Source: Haliotis rubra
Taxonomy: Eukaryota
Assembly: GCF_003918875.1 (NCBI RefSeq)
Contig: NW_025765559.1
Coordinates: forward strand, 1,364,001 to 1,428,000
Reading direction: 5' to 3'
DNA length: 64,000 nucleotides
The translations under genes and the position numbers were made by a program. This document shows positions 28,301 through 38,960 of this stretch, one piece after another. Numbering within the stretch: the first letter of the stretch is position 1; each line of letters opens with the position of its first letter. The notes beneath the pieces are model-generated. The model made no database searches and had not been told where the DNA came from. It saw nothing but the letters and a program-made list of their open reading frames with translations.

Positions 28301-29078
28301 AATATTGAACCCAAGTTCAAACGAACCGTAGGTGGTTGAACATCAAGAGCTGAGGTCCTTATGACGTCACCTAACAACGGGCATGATAATGGCCCATCGT
28401 TAAGCAATTTGGGGGCATTATTTTAGCTACAATATCAGTAAGTCCCAGCAAACAATAAATGTGCCAACTAACAAACTGAGTTAAAGAGTTTAATTTAACT
28501 CTAGTGACTGACTAGTCTTTGCAATGCATTGGATAACTTGTTTGAGGTTAAAAGATCATATCTCAGTAATCCAAATTGCTTCCTCGAAAATGATAGTCAT
28601 TTCACTTACAGACAACAGCTGCTGGTTGAGATAAAGGCTAGAAATTACTGAATGATATTTTCTGAAAAATAATACTCTTAGTTATTGGGACTGTCGGCCA
28701 TAATGACCTGCAGAAAACAAAAGCTGTGGGTCCGAGTGGTTTCAGTCAGCTTCGGGCCTAAGGATGGACATTAATTTCGAACACTGCCTGTGTAATTCAG
28801 CCTGTTTTATGTTTATGTTGTTGAGATGATCTTCCTTCCTGGCAGATCCATTAGTATGTGACTATGGTCTTTTGTTCCAGCCTGTGAGGCCTGACACAGT
28901 GAATGCAGCCTTACAACTCCTCACCATGAGTGCCGCTCGGCTTCAGGAAGAGTGCCGGAAGTGCGCTCAGCAAGATCAGGACTCGGAAGTGGAGGCAGCT
29001 CACAAAACACAGCTAATCATACAGTTCGCATATGACATTGCTAAAGCGGCTAAACAACTGGTGACACTCTTTCAGTGA
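1264..29078 (+). CDS. GIT2: ARF GTPase-activating protein GIT1/GIT2-like, multi-exon gene span (5' part lies upstream of the window)
   Basis: Eleven GT-AG-bounded, phase-compatible exons encode the post-ankyrin segment (QYELTDRLAFYVCGKKP), Spa2-homology segment (PFLPVNP..TRNQGRQKLARFNAREFATLIIDIL), YDSVASDED motif and C-terminal paxillin-binding domain (AYDIAKAAKQLVT). The GIT1 versus GIT2 label is nominal. Confidence 0.95.
1925..3592. repeat. Pyrimidine-rich degenerate minisatellite, about 17-bp unit tccatatcactcccttc
   Basis: Direct inspection; produces spurious S/L/P/H-rich ORFs. Confidence 0.9.
3753..3952 (+). repeat. DIRS left inverted terminal repeat
   Basis: acttatcctatctcacgac...gatcattctc is the reverse complement of 10482-10680. 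Confidence 0.92.
4015..6860 (+). pseudogene. DIRS gag-like ORF1, disrupted
   Basis: Frame from 4031 reads KKRKVCAQC...HSSCSDCIGQC...RCGKC (Cys/His finger), in frame with ORF 4304-4804, followed by RSRSP repeats; several stops and frameshifts. Confidence 0.7.
7000..8600 (+). pseudogene. DIRS pol: reverse transcriptase, RNase H and Dam-like methyltransferase, frameshifted
   Basis: DLQDAYLH and YIDD (RT); LFVDASLMGWG, HINELE, SDNSTVV, HIPG.KNVIADALSR (RNase H); DLFAT, YAFPP, APFWPARSWF (MT). Confidence 0.9.
8620..9628 (+). pseudogene. DIRS tyrosine recombinase, frameshifted
   Basis: PPAWDLSVVL, SELHAL, LCPVRAL..YL and W..DTVFSSHYLRDL motifs typical of DIRS YR. Confidence 0.88.
10482..10680 (-). 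repeat. DIRS right inverted terminal repeat
   Basis: Reverse complement of 3753-3952, followed by an AT-rich extension ending aaaattt. Confidence 0.92.
10798..10895 (+). CDS. GIT2: GIT exon (VWLATHDNTTLLSDRQTVPFLPVNPDLSTTRNQ)
   Basis: cctgcag acceptor, gtcagt donor; conserved VWLAT..VPFLPVNP..TRNQ. Confidence 0.93.
11121..11360 (+). mobile_element. SINE family A
   Basis: Begins gacccgtgaagatcc; matches the family along its length. Confidence 0.85.
11615..11738 (+). CDS. GIT2: GIT exon, Spa2-homology repeat 2 (GRQKLARFNAREFATLIIDILNDARRRQ...)
   Basis: ttccag acceptor, gtaagc donor; near-identical to the GIT SHD sequence. Confidence 0.95.
12004..12210 (+). mobile_element. Solo terminus of a related DIRS family
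   Basis: ataatttttaaacttatctcacggcttacacctgtctctcttgcttc...agtggaatgactgtaaa aligns with 3740-3950. Confidence 0.7.
12746..13077. mobile_element. MITE with TIR cagtgttc(g/a)tgaat
   Basis: Terminal inverted repeats; ttaatg duplicated on both flanks. Confidence 0.6.
13189..13417 (+). mobile_element. SINE family A, 5'-truncated
   Basis: Family body and (ctca)n tail. Confidence 0.8.
13765..15580. repeat. 25-bp minisatellite (gtatgatttacccagtatcaggaca)n, about 70 units
   Basis: Direct inspection of periodicity. Confidence 0.93.
16163..16248 (+). mobile_element. SINE family B (tRNA-Asp-like head), cut by the assembly gap
   Basis: ggggcggtggggtagcctggtggttaaagc head runs into Ns. Confidence 0.75.
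16249..16409. other. Assembly gap (161 N)
   Basis: Run of n. Confidence 1.
16605..16814. mobile_element. MITE with TIR caggggtggaaataa
   Basis: 15-bp TIRs; actaa duplicated on both flanks. Confidence 0.7.
16874..17038 (+). mobile_element. SINE family B
   Basis: A box tagcctagtgg, B box ggttcgattcc, (ctca)n tail, ttacatctc TSD. Confidence 0.85.
18626..18783 (+). CDS. GIT2: GIT exon (DKYLHARLSKGVSAFSDDEPLYDSVASDEDY...)
   Basis: tttacag acceptor, gtgagt donor, phase 1 fits the previous exon; YDSVASDED motif. Confidence 0.9.
19506..19556 (+). CDS. GIT2: Probable 51-nt GIT exon (DSTLRRQTPMSIISFTE)
   Basis: Pyrimidine tract plus cgtag acceptor, gtgagc donor, phase 0/0, open frame. Confidence 0.6.
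19696..20885. repeat. 63-bp minisatellite (gacaagaaaactgtcattgtacaggagaccttaaccctcaccctgaagttcacattaatgtgt)n, about 19 units
   Basis: Direct inspection; gives 21-aa repeat ORFs on both strands. Confidence 0.95.
21573..21719 (-). mobile_element. SINE family B
   Basis: Reverse complement of the family consensus. Confidence 0.8.
22612..22840 (+). mobile_element. SINE family A, diverged
   Basis: aacccatgaagatccaggttag...gctggaatattgctgag. Confidence 0.8.
24107..24319 (+). CDS. GIT2: GIT exon (IDSLIKENSALKSINMQ...RPQSMFEPRTSLQK)
   Basis: ttgacag acceptor, gtgggt donor; end of the coiled coil (LIKENSAL) and RPQSM motif. Confidence 0.85.
24522..24761 (+). mobile_element. SINE family A
   Basis: Full length; ends about 30 nt before a GIT acceptor site. 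Confidence 0.85.
24792..24860 (+). CDS. GIT2: GIT exon (SQSREDQLQTCLSEANIRYDGER)
   Basis: ttttctcag acceptor, gtaagt donor, phase 0/0. Confidence 0.75.
25429..25541 (+). CDS. GIT2: GIT exon (LGDMELSLPSEPIDPDVANANIVPDPDYDMPNDEDVA)
   Basis: tttacag acceptor, gtgagt donor; phase 2 fits the next exon. Confidence 0.8.
25846..26052 (+). CDS. GIT2: GIT exon, start of paxillin-binding domain (LPSQEDVVKKTEKITKKIQELL)
   Basis: ttgcag acceptor, gtaagt donor; matches GIT LPSTEDVI.KTEQ.TKNIQELL. Confidence 0.93.
26385..26496. mobile_element. TIR-only miniature derivative of the 55335-56359 DNA transposon family
   Basis: agtctaagtagacttaggctcagtatt...aatactgggcctaagtattcttacact palindrome. Confidence 0.7.
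27089..27152 (+). CDS. GIT2: GIT exon (YGPCSEKIYSAVVDMAELFPQ)
   Basis: atttcag acceptor, gtgagt donor; matches GIT PCSEKIH.AVTEMA.LFP. Confidence 0.92.
27260..27835 (-). mobile_element. Internally deleted copy of the 55335-56359 DNA transposon family
   Basis: Same TIR; 27322-27504 matches 56118-56306 and 27720-27815 matches 55420-55515 in reverse. Confidence 0.8.
27843..28429. mobile_element. Probable non-autonomous DNA element
   Basis: Hairpin ttcagggcattatc/gataatgccctgaa and inverted tagctaaaat/attttagcta; replaces the second TIR of the adjacent element. Confidence 0.4.
28455..28760 (+). repeat. Interspersed repeat shared with about 42998-43220
   Basis: Blocks aactaacaaactgagttaaagagtttaat and tgtcggccataatgacctgcagaaaac occur at both loci. 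Confidence 0.75.
28881..29078 (+). CDS. GIT2: GIT last coding exon (...QLIIQFAYDIAKAAKQLVTLFQ*)
   Basis: ttccag acceptor; GIT C-terminal signature; TGA stop. Confidence 0.95.
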   Translation, partial: PVRPDTVNAALQLLTMSAARLQEECRKCAQQDQDSEVEAAHKTQLIIQFAYDIAKAAKQLVTLFQ

Positions 29079-30609
29079 GACATGCACACAGACTTGGTTT
29101 TTGGCCTCTGTTGAATAGATGACTATCACCCAGGTTGATTTCTCAAAGCTACACGAAACTGGACTTGCAACTTGTAAAATGGCATGCATGACTTGTTAGT
29201 GAGGTACCTATTGTGCGACTTGTGATAGAGGTAGAGACTGAAGGTGCATGGTGAGACTGGTGGATTTAGCGAGCTGGTGTTCATCAGGATGTAAGGCATC
29301 CTTTCTACCGAGCATGATGAGTTCCAGATGGACAGCATGGTACATCCATCTCACCCAGTGATATGCATGAAGGTTTTGATGGACAGGACTCTGGAGGTCA
29401 CATTTGTGCACAGTTGAGTGTCATGCACAATTACTTGACTGTCATGAGTACCATTGGCAGATTTTAGAATCCTACATTGCATGCAGAGGACTTTGTTGCT
29501 TTCATCAGTTTCATGTGTGGTGATACACAACGTTGAGAATTCACGTCATGTCATTGAAGCATTCTACATTACTAACACCAGCTGACAGTTAAACTGCATT
29601 ATGTTGTCCAGTTTAGCTGCGTGACATATGAGAAGGTTTGGTCGGAAATTGATGAGAAAATTGCTTGTTTGTGGATACTCCTCAACCTGGAGATACCATT
29701 CATTAATCTCTGATCCACCTGTTCAAAGTTTCTGGGTTCATTTACAGTCCAAAGAAGTCACCTTTTCTTGTATGACAAGCTGCACTATAGAACGATATAC
29801 AATGCGTTGTGTAAAGTGCACATATCAACATTCTTAGCGTTCATAGAAAATGATCAAATGAAGTTGCAAACAATGGTGTAATTTGAAATTCTGTATCATG
29901 CTGAAGTCCATTTCTGGACCGAAATAGCCAGTTAAGATATGTTGCTCAATTCTATTTTCTTAAACAATTCCATGGTAAACCTAATAAAGAAACATTAGCT
30001 TAAACATACCAGTCAATTTGTGTACCATGGGGTATTGCTGGAAACCTTGAGATGTGACAAAACTTGTCATACTAGCGAGAAAGAACCCTATCCTCAACAC
30101 TGCAGGCATCTTCCTCGTGTAGCATTGGGGTGTGTTGGGATTTGGACACTGCCTGGAGGGATATTACATGTGGGAAACCCTGCAACAGTGCTAAGTCTCA
30201 TCTTTAATGTTGTGCCAATTTTGTATTTATTTGTACTTAGAAATCTTGTACTATATCTCTATGCATATACCACATGCGTTTTAAAGTGTACAAAATCTGG
30301 CGTTAAAATTCACCAGCTGTTGTCTCTTCCTGTATAGTGTCTGCTTGTCCCTGAGATCCCTGATGAAGGGTGAGGTTTAAGTAATGGGCAGAGTTTAGGG
30401 GACATTGTCATGTCTGATAGGGGCATGGTCTTGACTGTTGTGGACATGTTCTTGTTTGATATCCTTATATGATAGGGAAGTGCTGTTGTCTGATGATGAG
30501 AATGTGTTCTTGTCTGACCACTGGGACATTTTCTTGTCTGGTGAGGATGTGTTTGAGCCTGAGGACTGAACAGGTTCAAAAGATAATGAGAACATATATC
30601 TTTTCATAG

Positions 30610-31253
30610 GGACATGTCCATATCTTATGATAGGGACATGTTCATATCTTATGAGGGGACCAGTCCATATCTTATAAGGGGAACCAGTTCATATCTTATG
30701 TGGGGGACATGTCCATATCTTGTGAGGGGGACATGTCCATATCTTATGAGGGGGACATGTCCATATCTTATGAGGGGGACATGTCCATATCTTATGAGGG
30801 GGACATGTCCATATCTTATGAGGGGGACCTGTCCATATCTTATGAGGGGGACCTGTCCATATCTTATGAGGGGGACCTGTCCATATCTTATGAGGGGGAC
30901 CTGTCCATATCTTATGAGGGGGACATGTCCATATCTTATGAGGGGGACATGTCCATATCTTATGTGGGGGACATGTCCATATCTTGTGAGGGGGACATGT
31001 CCATATCTTATGAGGGGGACATGTCCATATCTTATGAGGGGGACCTGTCCATATCTTATGAGGGGGACATGTCCATATCTTATGAGGGGGACATGTCCAT
31101 ATCTTATGAGGGGGACATGTCCATATCTTATGTGGGGGACATGTCCATATCTTATGAGGGGGACCTGTCCATATCTTATGAGGGGGACAGGTTCATATCT
31201 TATGAGGGGGACATGTCCATATCTTATGAGGGGGACAGGTTCATATCTTATGA
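30610..31253. repeat. 24-bp minisatellite (gagggggacatgtccatatcttat)n, about 26 units
   Basis: Direct inspection. Confidence 0.95.
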
Positions 31254-31677
31254 TTGGAAATGTTCTTCTCTGTTGATAGGGACATTGTGTTTATAGATGG
31301 GAACATGTTCTTGTCTGCTGAGGAGGACTTGATATGATAACAAGGCTGGAACATGTTCTCGTCTAATGATGGAAACTTGTTCCTTTCTAGTGACGAGGAT
31401 ATGTTTGTGCCTGGCTCAAGTTCTCAAGTTTTGGTTGACATGTTATTGTGTGTGTTCAGAAGAAAAACAGTTGATGACAGTTTGAGTCTGTAATATGATT
31501 TAAAGGTTTAGCACTAGTGTAGAGTTACAGTTTGGAGATCACTAGGATGAAGTTTGATGTCAGTTATATCATTAAAACAGTCATAATAACTGACATTAAG
31601 TATAATTTTCCATTAGTAACATTAACTAATATGAATGTTGTATTACTGTCAAAAGACATCATATCACACCTTTACAT

Positions 31678-33214
31678 ACCAGGGAATCTGCCTAAACATG
31701 TCCACCCCTCCCCACACCCACCAGGGAATCTGCCTAAACATGTCCACCCCTCCCCACATCCACCAGGGAATCAGCCTAAACATGTCCACCCCTCCCCACA
31801 CCCACCAGGGAATCTGCCTAAACATGTCCACCCCTCCCCACACCCACCACCAGGAATCTGCCTAAACATGTCCACCCTCCCCCACACCCACCAGGGAATC
31901 AGCCTTAAACATGTCCACCCCTCCCCACACCCACCAGGGAATCAGCCTAAACTTGTCCACCCCTCCCCACACCCACCAGGGAATCGGCCTAAACATGTCC
32001 ACCCTCCCCACACCCACCAGGGAATCAGCTCTAAACATGTCCACCCCCTCCCCACATCCACCAGGGAATCGCCTAGACATGTCCACCCTCCCCACACCCA
32101 CCAGGGAATCGGCCTAAACATGTCCACCCCTCCCCACACCCACCAGGGAATCAGCCTAGACATGTCCACCCCTCCCACACCCACCAGGGAATCAGCCTAA
32201 ACATGTCCACCCCTCCCACATCCACCAGGGAATCGGCCTAAACATGTCCACCCCCTCCCCACACCCACCAGGGAATCGCCTAAACATGTCCACCCCCTCC
32301 CTAAACATGTCCACCCCTCCTCCCCACACCCACCAGGGAATCTGCCTAAACATGTCCACCCTCCCCACACCCACCAGGAATCGCCTAAACATGTCCAACC
32401 CCTCCCCACATCCACCAGGGAATCGGCCTAAACATGTCCACCCCTCCCACCAGAGAATCTGCTCTAAACATGTCCACCCCTCCCCACACCCACCAGGGAA
32501 TCAGCCTAAACTTGTCCACCCCCTCCCACACCCACCAGGAATCTGCCTAAACATGTCCACCCCTCCCCACATCCACCAGGGAATCAGCCTAAACTTGTCC
32601 ACCCCTCTCCCACACCCACCAGGAATCGGGCCTAAACATGTCCATGCCTCCCCACACCCACCAGGGAATCGGCCTAAACATGTCCACCCCCTCCCCACAC
32701 CCACCAGGGAATCGGCCTAAACATGTCCACCCCTCTCCCACATCCACCAGGGAATCGCCTAAACATGTCCACCCCCTCCCCACACCACCAGGGAATCAGC
32801 CTAAACATGTCCACCCCTCCCCACACCCACCAGGAATCAGCCTAAACATGTCCACCCCTCCCCACACCCACCAGGAATCGGCCTAAACATGTCCACCCCT
32901 CCCCACACCCACCAGGGAATCGGGCCTAAACATGTCCACCCCTCCCACCCACACCCACCAGGGAATCGGCCTAAACATGTCCACCCCTCCCACCAGAGAA
33001 TCGGCCTAAACATGTCCACCCCTCCCACAAACATGTCCACATGTCCACCCCTCCCCACCAGAGAATCGGCCTAAACATGTCCACCCCTCCCCACACCCAC
33101 CAGGAATTGGCCTAAACATGTCCACCCCTCCCCACCAGAGAATCTGCCTAAACATGTCCACCCCTCCCCACCAGAGAATCTGCCTAAACATGTCCACCCC
33201 TCCCCACACCCACC
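31678..33214. repeat. About 44-45-bp C-rich minisatellite (cctaaacatgtccacccctccccacacccaccagggaatc..)n
   Basis: Direct inspection; the minus strand carries G-runs compatible with G-quadruplexes. Confidence 0.95.
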
Positions 33215-34025
33215 ATAATGAGACTGGTACTGAATGTGATCATAAGATGAAACTGTCGTCACCTTCGTTTACAATCTTGTATTTGCGGAGTTAGCCATTG
33301 TATATACCATGTTCATAATGATCAGTTTCCTCCCATCCTTCAATATTGAGCTAAATCCATTCAACGATGATGATTTGCTTGCAACTGCTGGAGTGCACAG
33401 CAAGCACCTGCCTGTAGTTTGTGATACTCAGTAGACACCTAGTGCAAATCTACATGTAATGTGCTTTGTATTTATAATATTGGAAGTCATACATGGTGGG
33501 AGGGGACATGGATCACACTGAAACTGACATGAAAATGACGTGAAATTGACAAGTATTGATTTCATAATAATTATACATTCAAAATATATGTGAGATTTAT
33601 GAATAACCTGGAAAATATTCGTCAGGTAACAGGTACCTCAAAATCTTATCATTTACAAAGGTACGAAACATGTTTTACATTGAGAAATCATGGAAGTCTC
33701 AGTATGCCTATTTCAATCGCTTTTATAACAAAAGTTTCATTCCAAGAAGATTGTATATTTTTTCTTTCTTCAGGTTTGGAGCTTGTTTATAACATATTGT
33801 CACAGATTGTTTTTTAAGGTCACAGGAATTTGATTTCAATCATCGAAATAGCCATCTTCATTTCATAACCAGTGCAAACAATTGACATTAATAATGTTGT
33901 TTTTCAGTTCATGTAATCAAAATCACAGTTTCTTTAATTCGGGATACAACTACATTAGAAAGATATATTTGATGACGAGTAGATCATCAGTGTAAATAAC
34001 TATCAGTGTCTTCGCATTACTGTAA

Positions 34026-34185
34026 GGATGGTGGAGTAACCTAGTGGTGTAAAGCATTCGCTTGTCACACCAGAGACCCGGCTTCGATTCCCCACATGGG
34101 TACAATGTGAAGCCCATTTCTGGTGTTCCCCGCCATAATGTTGCGGGAATATTGCTAAAAGCGGTGTAAAAAAACACACACTCAC
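34026..34185 (+). mobile_element. SINE family B
   Basis: Matches the family consensus. Confidence 0.8.
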
Positions 34186-34589
34186 TACTGTTGCCTAGAT
34201 TTTATGTTGAAGACTAAACTTGTTTGAGATATTGTGGAGCAAAGGGAGGTAATCTCAGTCGGTCAAGTGTGATCCATTTCACTCCCCTGCTTGTGTATTT
34301 CTTGATATTGTGCATGTGTCAAGTGCAATGTCATATCTTGTGATGTCAGTAGCGGACTGCATGGTGTATGTAGCTTCACTGTCACTCAACAAATCAAATT
34401 GTTACTGTGTTTATAGGGATACACCTGACTGACTACCTGCAAGTGTACTGATAGTTTTGAGAAACATGTCAAAACATAGGGGTTCTACCATATTTGAGAT
34501 ATATATTTGCAACATTATTTAAAAACAAACAAAGAAAAACAATTCTAGTTAAAGATGCTTGCATATTTAAGCTTTGAATATGTATTCAT

Positions 34590-34727
34590 CAGGGATGGCA
34601 ATTTTCAGCTGATTTGCGGATTTCTGCTGATCTTATTACATATTGATCAATTCTGAAACACACCCCACCCACCTGTTGATAACCAATAAGTTTTCAGGTG
34701 AAAATAGATTTCATGTTGCCATCCCTG
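34590..34727. mobile_element. MITE with TIR cagggatggcaa (hAT-like)
   Basis: 12-bp TIRs, imperfect 8-bp flanks. Confidence 0.55.
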
Positions 34728-36536
34728 ATATATTTATATCTATTTTGAAAAGACAAATTGCCTTAGCCATTAAAAGATAGAAACATTATGTGACATATTT
34801 TCCAGTTTAATGCAGATTGTCAGCTTTATGGAGTGTCTTACCATTTTTGGTCTGTGATGTTTATAGTCGTTTAGCTAAGTGCAAGTTTGAACACTGTAGG
34901 ATGTTGTGTAACTCTTGTGTTGGTGAAGCTAGATAATACTATGCCTCAGTTAGAATCTAAGGCGTGAAAGCAACAGCATGAAGATAGCATGTTTGTTATA
35001 TTTTGTCCCGTTTCCCTGTATATTTCTACTGTGTTGTTCAAGTTACTGTAGAGAATATGATTTTGTTGAATTGATGTGTAAACTAAATAAAACAAGCATA
35101 ACATTTTAATATGTCATGTTCTTTTTCTAAGTGCAGCTCGATTCCTTGCAAGGTGTGCATCTTGATTGAGAATGTAGCTATTGGTAGAACCAATAGTGTC
35201 ATCGATCACCCTGTCTTAGATAGACTTTCCCACCTAAACAGATTCTGCATGAACTTGAACGTTTCTCTTGATCTCAGCGTGTCGATAATGTCAACGACTT
35301 TCAGTATATGTTTGTGTTTACGTTAGGCAAGTCCTCGTCCCAAATCCTCGTGGAGCACGTGCAGATCATTGCACGAAATTCATGAAGTTTAGTCGCGACC
35401 CAAGAAGCATGTGCTAACACATCCGAGCATGGCAGGCGTTGTCGAGTCTACCTCGTATTCCCGTGCAGAACGTGCGTATTAATCAGTGCACGATTGTGAA
35501 TTGAGAAGGTGCAATGGGAAGTCCCAGGGTGTTTGTGCACTGTAATCACCGCCAGTGACTTCACCTGTCACTAACATCTTACCTTATCCGATTACCACTA
35601 TATACAAGGGGGAAAATAGCCTTACCTAAGACCCTGTACAAAGTCAAATTCTATCTGTAATTGCCAACAATAGGACACAATTTTTACTCTCCCAAAATAC
35701 ATTGATCGATAAACATGTTTTGAGTAAAAATACGTTTTGGTGTCTTTCTGAAAAATATATTCAGTTCCCAACACACACAAAAACTGTTTGTTTCTTTAAT
35801 CACATTAATATAATGTCATGTATTTCATGTACACATCTGCTGTTCCTTAACCGCATATATTTGAGAGGAAGCCAAAGAATGTATAACGGTTGTTAGCAAA
35901 CAACGTATTCTTGGGTATCTGCAACAGAAATGTAGATATGAGCATATACTATATATGAATGCCCAACGCAGACTTATGTTTCTATGTAAAACAATAGCAA
36001 GTCGGTATATAACAAACAGCTTGGTCGTGAAGCCAAACCTTGCATACGAACTTCATGTAGATGCGAGGGCTGTCACCTTGAAACGCCCAGAGTGAGAGCA
36101 TCGGGGGAAACCAAACCACTTGCTCGTTTGTGAAACTGTACCTTACCTACGAATTGCATGGTGGTACGAGGGACGTCTTCGCGAAACGTTAAAGCTGAAA
36201 GTGGGAACTTACAGCTCAACTGCGCCTATGAATGATGAACCGCTTTCAACAGTCTCTGTATTGTGGTTGTACACATTGGATTGTTTTGTTGTTGTTTTCA
36301 ATAAGTTGTTTGTTGATTTGTTGCCGTAAGTGTGGAGTTTTCATGCGCCACAATAACATGAGCATCTCTATGTAAATATGTATGTAGAAGTACGAGGTCC
36401 ACTGTCCGTGTCTCAGTGTGCTGGTGCCCACTTCTAACGTTATAACACTGTATCACAACCTACAGGCTCTCCATGCCATCGGTATTTGTTGTAAAGTAAA
36501 TAGTCAATGTTAGCCGATGTTGCTCTGAAACAAATC

Positions 36537-36701
36537 GGGGCGGTGAGGTAGCCTAGTGGTTAAAGCGTTCGATCGTCACGCCAAAGTCCCGGGTTCGATT
36601 CCCCACATGGGTACAATGTATGAGGCCCATTTCTGGTGCCCCCCGCCGTGATATTGCTGGAATGTTGCCAAAAGCGGCGTAAAACTAAACTCAATCACTC
36701 A
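36537..36701 (+). mobile_element. SINE family B
   Basis: Full length, 12-bp TSD ctgaaacaaatc. Confidence 0.88.
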
Positions 36702-36714
36702 CTGAAACAAATCA

Positions 36715-36940
36715 GACCCGTGAAGACCCTGGTCTTCTGCACCCCATGCTTGTAAGAGGCGACTAACGTGATCGGGAGGTCAGACTCACTGACTCGGTTG
36801 ACAGATGTCATCGTTTCCCAAATACGTATATCGATGCTCATGCTGTTGATCAGATTGTCTGGTCCAGATTCTTTATTTACAGACTTCCGCCATATAGATG
36901 GAATATTGCTGAGTGCGGCGTAAAACTAAAAAAACTCCCA
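36715..36940 (+). mobile_element. SINE family A
   Basis: Starts gacccgtgaag directly after the SINE B TSD. Confidence 0.85.
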
Positions 36941-38803
36941 AAACTTGAAGCACATCAAGCACATTAATTGTTTCACCATTAATGATTGTGTGTACATCTT
37001 GTCATTTGAGGAAATAGTTGAATGAATCACCACTAGGTATTACTCAACACGAGGAAGTGATAACAGTAACATTATGTATTTTTTACGTTCAATAGTAATT
37101 TAGTAATCTAACAAATATACCCTCCTAAAAACAATACCCCATAGCTCAGCATTGTATAATAATAGTAAAAATAATATTGAATAATAATCTATGTAATAAC
37201 TTCTCATGACGTCACGTTTTAATGTAGCTCACACAATACATTGTATTTTTTACTGACGTTGACCTGATTGAGATCACCACGCCTGTTTGCGGGGAGGCTT
37301 TTCAAAGTTAACATCAATCAGCCGGGTCTTGTTGGATGATACGCTGATAGTAATAGCCAGCGATTTCTGTCCTCGATCGAATCTGAACTTCCATGTAATA
37401 TCTCTATGGGCGTCGCTGCATGTTTTCACCTTCCACATCAGTTAATCTCACCTCATCCACTTTGTACATACTTTCACACAAACGTCAAATTCGTCTAAAT
37501 ATGTAGAGATGGTATACGTTTTTGTTAAAAATAATTAGTTGTTGCACGTAGCCGTGAATGGACACCACCGTCATTCAAATTCTTTGAATTTGATTTAATT
37601 CACAGAGCTTGTCAATAACGACGGTATTTTAACCAAATGTACTAATCAGTTGTATGGTTCATACGTTGTTTTAGTAACAAGTTCAAATGAAGTTGCTTTC
37701 TTAATTTTCTTATATGTTTATACTTATGACAAACAATCGTATACATTCGTGACCACTCGTGTCATTCCGGTCTTGCAGCTAAAGATGGGCAATTAAAATA
37801 AGAATGTCGACTGTGGTTTATGGAAAGAGCCGAGTGTTGACGAATGTCGTGTTTCTCAATAGTCAGGCCTTCAGACACACATTTACCGTTGGACCAAACA
37901 AAATACACTCAAATAGTTTTTTTATGTTTCTAATATTCCAAGGGTATGAAACCCAACTCCGATAGGGCAAACAAGCAGTATCTGACCGTACTGAACGTTC
38001 ACTAACCTTTACACGGCATATCATGCGTAACAATCGTTTCTGAAGCAATTACGTCATATCTAGACCATTTGCACACCATTTACCTGTTAAGAGTGTAACC
38101 ATTTAGGAGGGGGGGTTGGGGCATTTTGGTTTGAGATTACCATTTTTGATAAATTTTCAGGTGAGTTATATTTTCCAACATGGATAGTTGCCTGTTTTAG
38201 GCATTTATCTGTAAGGGAATTAATTCTGTTCCTACAATGCGGGTCAAACGTAATACGTTTAAATAAATCATGGTCTTATTAAAAAAAATATTCCACCCCC
38301 TCCACTTAAAACAATTAGTTGGATCCCATTGGGAAAACACCTTTTTTACAGCGATTTTGTTTCTTTGTAAAAATAATTTTCGTAAATGGTCAGTTATTGC
38401 AAAGGATTTTATGACACTCTCCGATCTTATTTTTACTCATTTGGGAAATCACATATAGTCTTATTGAGTCACACGAACACCACTAGCCTGGTGTCAGCGG
38501 ATCCTGTAGAGTCTTGAGAAGCTTGCAGCCTTTGAATTACTTTGCATGCATATTTGAGACAGATATATGTAACACATCTAAGGCACAACATGGCTGCTCA
38601 ACTGTACCACCTGTATGTAGTATGTGTATTCTAGAGGAATAAATACATATACAATTCACCTGCGTTAGTATTTTCCCATAATGTAAAGAAGGATGTGGGG
38701 TATAATAATGTATGTCAAACTACATGTACAACTGTGACGGCCAAGAAAGATTGTTACCAAGTGTCCATGAATATATTGTTCCGCTTAGACCTGAAAAACA
38801 AGG

Positions 38804-38960
38804 ACAGTGGGTAGCCTAGTGGTTACAGCGTTCGCTCGTCAGGTCGAATACTGGGTTCGACTCCTTACATGGGTACAATGTGTGAAGCCCATTTCTGGTG
38901 TCCACCGCCGTGATATTGCTGGAATATTGCTGAAAGCGGCGTAAAACCAAACTCACTCAC
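38804..38960 (+). mobile_element. SINE family B
   Basis: Matches the family consensus. Confidence 0.82.

Noticed and set aside
30614-33262. MRGTCPYL, EGDMSISY and PKHVHPSPHPPG repeat ORFs
   Set aside because: Minisatellite translations with frequent frameshifts and no gene structure
29079-35091. 6-kb GIT 3' UTR ending at AATAAA 35086
   Set aside because: Cannot be distinguished from the nearer AATAAA at 29983 without transcript data
35111-35560. GC-richer patch as a possible exon
   Set aside because: The frames I translated are interrupted by stops and show no recognisable motif
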